Below are positions 58,988-64,000 of a stretch of 64,000 bases of DNA, in pieces. The stretch spans positions 2,197-66,196 of the forward strand of contig JBJTQF010000024.1 in assembly GCA_046075485.1 (NCBI GenBank), written 5' to 3'. Every line of letters begins with the position of its first letter. Position 1 is the stretch's first letter. Below the pieces are notes generated by a model, which searched no databases, had not been told where the DNA came from, and saw only the letters and a program-made list of their open reading frames with translations. Origin of the DNA: Myxococcota bacterium (GTDB taxonomy: Bacteria > Myxococcota_A > UBA796 > JAJRTE01 > JBJTQF01). The position numbers and the translations under genes are program-made.

Positions 58988-61852
58988 ATGAGTGTACGAC
59001 GAAAAGGGTACCGGATGCTGGGGATGGTTGTCGCCGCCATGTCCACCCTCGGGTTCAGTCCAGAAGCGGCAGCACAGGATCCGATCCCATTTTTTGCGGA
59101 GACCGGATCATCCCCCGAGGTCATCTTTGTCTTGGATGCCTCCCCCACCATGAACGCGAAGGTGCGAGACGCCAACGGCAACCCACTCTCGTATTCACGC
59201 GCGTGGTTGGTGAAGGAGCAGCTCAAGAAGCTGGTGGCGGATTATTCGACCACGGGCATTCGGTTTGGCATTGTGCGCACCTCCAACAGCACCACGATCC
59301 TGCCACCGGTTTGTAAGGCAGGCTCCCAAATGGCCACCATCGGATCCAGCACCACCGCCCTTCAAACGGCGCTGGATACCTACTATACCACCGTCACCGG
59401 CACCGCTTCCACCCCCATCAAGTTAAAGGACTATGAGGGCGGATTCGTAACAGCTAAGTCCGCCATCACCACTTCACTGTCGGGAGACATTTGTAAAGAC
59501 GACCGCAAGCGCGTGGTGGTCTTTGTGACGGGTGGAGGTGGTTCGATCTTAGACGGCTGTTTGGATGATGCGGACTATTATATCGCGCAGATCCGAGATC
59601 TCACCCTTGCCTATGGATTAAAGATCCCCACCTACGTCATGGGTTTTAACCTCGAAGACGATGGTTTTTCGTCTTTGGCCTACCAGCGTCTTCAAGAGAT
59701 GGCCGTGGCGGGAGAGACTCGCGAGCCCCGCTCCGCCAAAGACGAAAAGCAGTTTATTGCCATTCTCAACGCCATCCTGGTGGGGACTTTCGCAGGAGAT
59801 TATACCTCTGGAAAGCCGGTGCTCGCGATCACCAACGATGAGCTGTTTCAGAATACCTTCAGCATCTCTAACAACGACACCGCAGACGCCAGCACCTGGA
59901 AAGTCTCCTGGAAAGGGCACTCCTACGCCTACCAGCTCAAGTCTGATGGCACCACCCAGACCCCAGCCCGTTGGGATGCGTCGAATTGGCCTGCTGTTTC
60001 GCCGTCCAGCCGCTATTTGCAGCGTGAGGTATATTCGTCTTATCTGAGTGGCGTGATTCCCAATCAGTTGACGCAGACCCTCTTTAACAGCGCCAATGCC
60101 GCCTATTTTGACGACGGTATGGCCCTGGTGGGGGCCACCTATGACATCAACTTTGACGGAAGTTATGGCAGCGCCAGCTCCCCCAATACAGCCGACGCCG
60201 CCACCCTCATCAACTTCACCCTGGGCGACATCAGCAAAGAGTACGACTTTAGCTACAACGGCGAGCGTGTCAACCGAGAGTCCTATTGGTTGCTCGACAT
60301 GATGAGCTCCACCCCCACCTACGTGCCACCGCCGATCTTTCCGCGTCAAGAAACAACCTATCGTGCGTTTCAGTCCACTCAGGCTGCTCGAGCTGATTAT
60401 CTGGTGGTGGGCTCCAACGGGGGCATGATTCACGCCTTTGAAGCGGGCTTGGGCACCGGGTTGGGAGATCGTGTCTCCTCTTTGACCGGAAAAGAACTCT
60501 GGTCCTATGTGCCCCGTCATACCCTGTCGCGTCTTAAAGATGTCTGGAAGGGTGATTCTCATCCCATCCTCTTGGACACCACCGGACGTTATTCCGATGT
60601 GGTCTCCAACGGAAACTGGATCACCCTCTACGTGCAGGGTGATGGCATTGCCGGAGACACCAGCAAGTGTCACACCGCCATCAACACCTTCAACCCCAGC
60701 AACACCGATCTGTGGAATTGTGGTTGGTACACCGCCTTAGACATCAGCAAAGTGAAGTCGGGGGGCGGTTATACCTTTGCACCCCTCTGGGAGTTCCCCG
60801 GTTATGGTGACATCTTGTATGCCGCCTCCGAGCCAGCCTTCGGGCGCGTGCGTGTGAAGCTCGGTGCCAACACCGAAGTGCGCGACGTGGCCTTTGTCGC
60901 CGGTCGCGGCTCCACCGTGACCTTTGGCTCCAACGTGGTGGGCTGTCGAGCCCCGGTATATGTGATCGATCTGGACTCAGGGCGGCCTCTGGGTGCCACG
61001 AACTATGCGCTGGATAACCTGACGGCGGTGCCGAGCCCCTACGACAGCCGTATTTTCCTGTCGTATCGGACATCGAGTGGGTGTTCATCAAGCAACAACT
61101 TTGGCAACTTGGGGGTGCGGGCGCGGATCGTGCCGGTGGATACCAACGGCGACCTGTTGACAGACCGGCTCTATGTGGGCGACATGGAAGGTCGGCTGTG
61201 GCGGATCAAGCTGGACAACACCAACCCCGGCACTTGGAAGAGCAGCACCTCGCTGATTTACAGCTCCCCGACGCAGATGCCCTTTATGTATGCCCCAGCC
61301 GTGACATTCACGCCGGATGGAGATCTTTTGGTCTACATTGGGCAGGGAAGCCCGGATACCCTGAGTGCTTACGGCAGTCCTTCACCGACGGGAAATTTCC
61401 AGGTCTTGCTGGATAATCGTGCGGGCACCTCGGCCACGGCCTTCACGGGCACCGGAAAATTTACCTTGCCCACCCTCTCGGCAGGTGAAGTGATGGCAGG
61501 CGAGCCCGTGATTGTGAATGGCATCGTCTACTTTACCACCTTTACGCCGAGCTCCACGAGCTGCCGCTTTGGGACCGCTCGACTCTATGGTCTCCAGTAT
61601 TTGAGTGGAGACCCAGGGCTGGACGGATCCGACAGCGACACGGCCTTCGACAGCAAATATATTGACTTGGGTGTGGGTGTGCCCTCGGGCGTGGTGGTTG
61701 GAAATGATAGCTGGTATGTGGCCGTCAACGATGGTGCCAGCGGCGGTAAGCCCGTCACGGCCTCCGGTGACTTGGGCCTCAACGTCTCCACCAACAGCGC
61801 CTCCCGAACCTATAGCTGGCTGGAAGTGCTGGGACGTCCCGCGACCCGCTGA
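58988..61852 (+). CDS. pilY1: Type IV pilus tip-associated adhesin PilY1 with an N-terminal vWA-like domain
   Basis: There is a signal peptide. The vWA/MIDAS-like start is VIFVLDASPTM. PilY1 beta-propeller hallmarks are YLVVGSNGGMIHAFEAG and LYVGDMEGRLWRIKLDN. Confidence 0.75.
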   Translation: MSVRRKGYRMLGMVVAAMSTLGFSPEAAAQDPIPFFAETGSSPEVIFVLDASPTMNAKVRDANGNPLSYSRAWLVKEQLKKLVADYSTTGIRFGIVRTSNSTTILPPVCKAGSQMATIGSSTTALQTALDTYYTTVTGTASTPIKLKDYEGGFVTAKSAITTSLSGDICKDDRKRVVVFVTGGGGSILDGCLDDADYYIAQIRDLTLAYGLKIPTYVMGFNLEDDGFSSLAYQRLQEMAVAGETREPRSAKDEKQFIAILNAILVGTFAGDYTSGKPVLAITNDELFQNTFSISNNDTADASTWKVSWKGHSYAYQLKSDGTTQTPARWDASNWPAVSPSSRYLQREVYSSYLSGVIPNQLTQTLFNSANAAYFDDGMALVGATYDINFDGSYGSASSPNTADAATLINFTLGDISKEYDFSYNGERVNRESYWLLDMMSSTPTYVPPPIFPRQETTYRAFQSTQAARADYLVVGSNGGMIHAFEAGLGTGLGDRVSSLTGKELWSYVPRHTLSRLKDVWKGDSHPILLDTTGRYSDVVSNGNWITLYVQGDGIAGDTSKCHTAINTFNPSNTDLWNCGWYTALDISKVKSGGGYTFAPLWEFPGYGDILYAASEPAFGRVRVKLGANTEVRDVAFVAGRGSTVTFGSNVVGCRAPVYVIDLDSGRPLGATNYALDNLTAVPSPYDSRIFLSYRTSSGCSSSNNFGNLGVRARIVPVDTNGDLLTDRLYVGDMEGRLWRIKLDNTNPGTWKSSTSLIYSSPTQMPFMYAPAVTFTPDGDLLVYIGQGSPDTLSAYGSPSPTGNFQVLLDNRAGTSATAFTGTGKFTLPTLSAGEVMAGEPVIVNGIVYFTTFTPSSTSCRFGTARLYGLQYLSGDPGLDGSDSDTAFDSKYIDLGVGVPSGVVVGNDSWYVAVNDGASGGKPVTASGDLGLNVSTNSASRTYSWLEVLGRPATR

Positions 61853-62003
61853 AGCTGGTGTAGCCCCTCAGCCATGACCCTCTGTCCTGAAAGAAGGATT
61901 GGATATGCAGACCTTACGTGTCTCGCAACATCAATGCGCGCCCCTGCCGGCGGCCTTGCCCTCGCCTGGGTCGCACCGGAAAGTTAAGCGACGTGCCGCC
62001 CTG

Positions 62004-62681
62004 ATGGCGGGTGTGACCTTGCTGGAGCTGATGGTGGTGGTGGCCCTGATTGGCATCTTGGCTTCCATCGGAACCCCCGCTTTTAGAGACATGGCCGGTC
62101 GTTATCGTCTGAACGCCGCCACCCGTGAAGCGGTCAACCTAATCAAGCAGGCACGATATGCAGCCGTTATTCGCGGCGCACGGGCCCGCGTTGTTTTTGC
62201 GGACGTCGATGGCGCACCCACCAACGGGGGAGCGGGTTCGGGACTTATTCGGGTGGAAAAACGGGTGGTGGACAGCACCGGCGCCGAGACCTGGGAGCTG
62301 ATGAACCTCTCCAACGTCTCCAGCTCCGCATTGCCCACCGACAAGTGCCCCACCAACCTGCTCCTGCCCAGCAGACCTGTCTTGCGGGAGTATTGCCTGG
62401 ATGTGGATGAACAGTATCTGAATGTGACCCTCTCTAGAGTCGATGCCATCGGTGCGAGCTTACACAACACCAACGGCCTGCCGGTGCTGGAGTTTGGTCC
62501 TGAAGGATTTGCGCTCAACCCGGATTCTGATTTCCAGGCCGGTTCGTCTCGTCAAGAAGTGGGGTTGGTGTTGACGTACAAACACGCCTCCGGCCAGCTC
62601 GACAGCCGTATAATCTTGGTGGGTCGCACCGGAAATGTGCGCATCCAGGGCTATCGTGGCGCCAGTATCCCAACCCCTTGA
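62004..62681 (+). CDS. Minor (pseudo)pilin of the FimT/FimU/GspH type with an N-terminal prepilin methylation motif. The start is uncertain (the alternative is 61899).
   Basis: The class III signal is G-VTLLELMVVVALIGILASIG. The track ORF starts 35 codons upstream, which would give an atypically long leader. Confidence 0.55.
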   Translation: MAGVTLLELMVVVALIGILASIGTPAFRDMAGRYRLNAATREAVNLIKQARYAAVIRGARARVVFADVDGAPTNGGAGSGLIRVEKRVVDSTGAETWELMNLSNVSSSALPTDKCPTNLLLPSRPVLREYCLDVDEQYLNVTLSRVDAIGASLHNTNGLPVLEFGPEGFALNPDSDFQAGSSRQEVGLVLTYKHASGQLDSRIILVGRTGNVRIQGYRGASIPTP

Positions 62682-62720
62682 TCTATTGCCTTGACCTATT
62701 GCCTTGAGGTGAGCAGCACC

Positions 62721-63251
62721 ATGAACTCCCGCTCTGTTATCCGCTCTGAGCTCAGAGGCGCGACCCTGTTGGAGATCTTGATCGCCTTGGTGGTGGTCAG
62801 TGTGGGCATGATGGGTTATTTCATCTTGCACATCCAAGCCAGCCGTACCTCCGGTGAGTCCTCCAACTTGGCCCAAGCCACCTCCATTGCGATGGCCCTT
62901 CAAGACAGCTTGATGAGTGTGCCATACAGTGAAAAGACCTTTAGCGAGCCGACCCTGGCCAAGTATTTTACGAGCTGTGGGGCCTTGCCATCCTATCCGG
63001 TGGCCAACCTGTGCAACGTGGAGTCGGCGGTTAATGCGGTGGGCACCACCAACGCCGCGCAGGGACGGGTGGAGTTTGCCCGCTCTTGGCATGTGGCTCA
63101 AGATTCCGTCAATCCGAGCCTCTATCGATACGTCGTGCGGGTTCGTTATTCCCCGGGCGCTCAGCGCACGACCGACTGTGTGAGCTCTACCGTCGGCTGT
63201 AAAGCCGTGACCTTCTCCACCGTGCGAAGCCCCAGCGGAAACGCCCCATGA
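62721..63251 (+). CDS. pilV: Type IV pilus minor pilin PilV
   Basis: A GAGGTGA sequence sits 8 nt before the ATG at 62721. The leader and N-terminal helix are MNSRSVIRSELRG-ATLLEILIALVVVSVGMMG, which is PilV-like. Confidence 0.65.
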   Translation: MNSRSVIRSELRGATLLEILIALVVVSVGMMGYFILHIQASRTSGESSNLAQATSIAMALQDSLMSVPYSEKTFSEPTLAKYFTSCGALPSYPVANLCNVESAVNAVGTTNAAQGRVEFARSWHVAQDSVNPSLYRYVVRVRYSPGAQRTTDCVSSTVGCKAVTFSTVRSPSGNAP

Positions 63252-63262
63252 GGAGCAGCGCC

Positions 63263-64000
63263 ATGATGAGACCTGAGATCCGGAGCCGTTCGACCTCTGC
63301 CCTGCGGCCCCTCTCCGCTCAGCGCGGGTTTACCCTGGTCGAGCTGATGATCGCCTCCCTGATTGCCATCATCATCTCCGGTATGATGTTTTCGGTGTTC
63401 AACAGCCAGGAGCGCTCCTCGATCCGCATTGAGAGTCGCGCGCTGATGCAAGATCAGCTTCGGATGGCCTTGAGTGTGATCACTCGGCAAGTGCGCATGG
63501 CCGGATATGGCATTGGTACGGCGCTGGTGGGCTCGGTGGCGCGAGGCGCTCCGGCCCTTCAATATTGTACGAGCTGTGGATCGGTGGCGGGCTCCGATCA
63601 GCTCTTGGTGATGTATCGGAATCCGCTCTATGAATTCCGGCTAGACTGGGCTCGGTATCAGCTCGACAGCACCTTGAGCTTGTGTGGCACCAACCGCCTC
63701 TATCCGGATCGTCCGATCTTGCAGTACCCAGAGGCGATGGACAACGACATGCGCCTCTTCAAAGACGATTATTTGGCTTGCTCGGACGAGTCTGTCGCTC
63801 GGCCTCGACGTTACAGCATCTTTAAGGTGAGTGCTCCCGTGTTGGTGTGGCAGCGCAACGGCACTCCCCCGGGCACCATCAACGTGGCGGCCAACGCGGT
63901 GCCGTATACCTCCAATCATTGCACCTCATCCACCGACAGTTTTCCAATTCGGATGATCTGCGGACACATGACCGGGACCACCTTGGCCTTCTACCTGTTC
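63263..64000 (+). CDS. pilW: Type IV pilus minor pilin PilW (partial; continues beyond the 3' edge of the window)
   Basis: An AGGAG sequence sits 7 nt before the ATG at 63263. The motif is QRG-FTLVELMIASLIAIIISGMMFSV. No stop codon lies before the window end. Confidence 0.6.
   Translation, partial: MMRPEIRSRSTSALRPLSAQRGFTLVELMIASLIAIIISGMMFSVFNSQERSSIRIESRALMQDQLRMALSVITRQVRMAGYGIGTALVGSVARGAPALQYCTSCGSVAGSDQLLVMYRNPLYEFRLDWARYQLDSTLSLCGTNRLYPDRPILQYPEAMDNDMRLFKDDYLACSDESVARPRRYSIFKVSAPVLVWQRNGTPPGTINVAANAVPYTSNHCTSSTDSFPIRMICGHMTGTTLAFYLF

Noticed and set aside
58621-59226. 201-aa minus-strand ORF overlapping the pilY1 start region
   Set aside because: It spans the AT-richer promoter and leader of pilY1 and overlaps the pilY1 signal-peptide codons. 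No RBS, no motif.

Overview
This 64 kb window is GC-rich chromosomal DNA that looks like it comes from a Myxococcota-type deltaproteobacterium. The taxonomic call rests on a MYXO-CTERM sorting tail, many MopE-like Cys-rich metal-binding repeats, FG-GAP and thrombospondin type 3 repeat surface proteins, and an OmpA-TSP3 protein.

The window is gene-dense, with roughly 50 genes. Housekeeping genes include aconitase A (partial, at the 5' edge), an AmpG muropeptide permease, a class I/II aminotransferase, aspartyl-tRNA synthetase, a cyclophilin, and a CPA2 antiporter fused to USP domains. There is a complete homogentisate pathway cluster for tyrosine catabolism (FAH-family hydrolase, maiA, hppD, hmgA).

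A group 3b NADP-type [NiFe]-hydrogenase operon (hyhB, hyhG, hyhS, hyhL plus an endopeptidase) carries an embedded cNMP-binding-domain gene. It is followed by a hypA-like gene without a Zn finger, then hypF, hypC and hypD. The 3' end of the window holds a type IV pilus minor-pilin and PilY1 locus (pilY1, a fimT/gspH-like gene, pilV, and a partial pilW).

Signalling genes include an HD-GYP response regulator, an orphan membrane histidine kinase, and a hybrid PAS histidine kinase. The hybrid kinase looks inactivated by an internal deletion plus a frameshift.

The most unusual element is a tightly coupled minus-strand operon of three lipoproteins at 10.5-12.8 kb. It pairs a PSCyt1-type c-type-cytochrome-like domain with a protein carrying every copper-ligand motif of PHM/DBH copper monooxygenases.

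The window also contains several promoter- or UTR-proximal tandem repeats. These are a (GCATAC)n hexanucleotide repeat and 13-, 15- and 18-bp minisatellites.

I found no tRNA or rRNA genes, no CRISPR array, and no recognisable transposase or phage genes. All calls were made by eye from the sequence and the ORF track, and homology assignments are from memory of family motifs.
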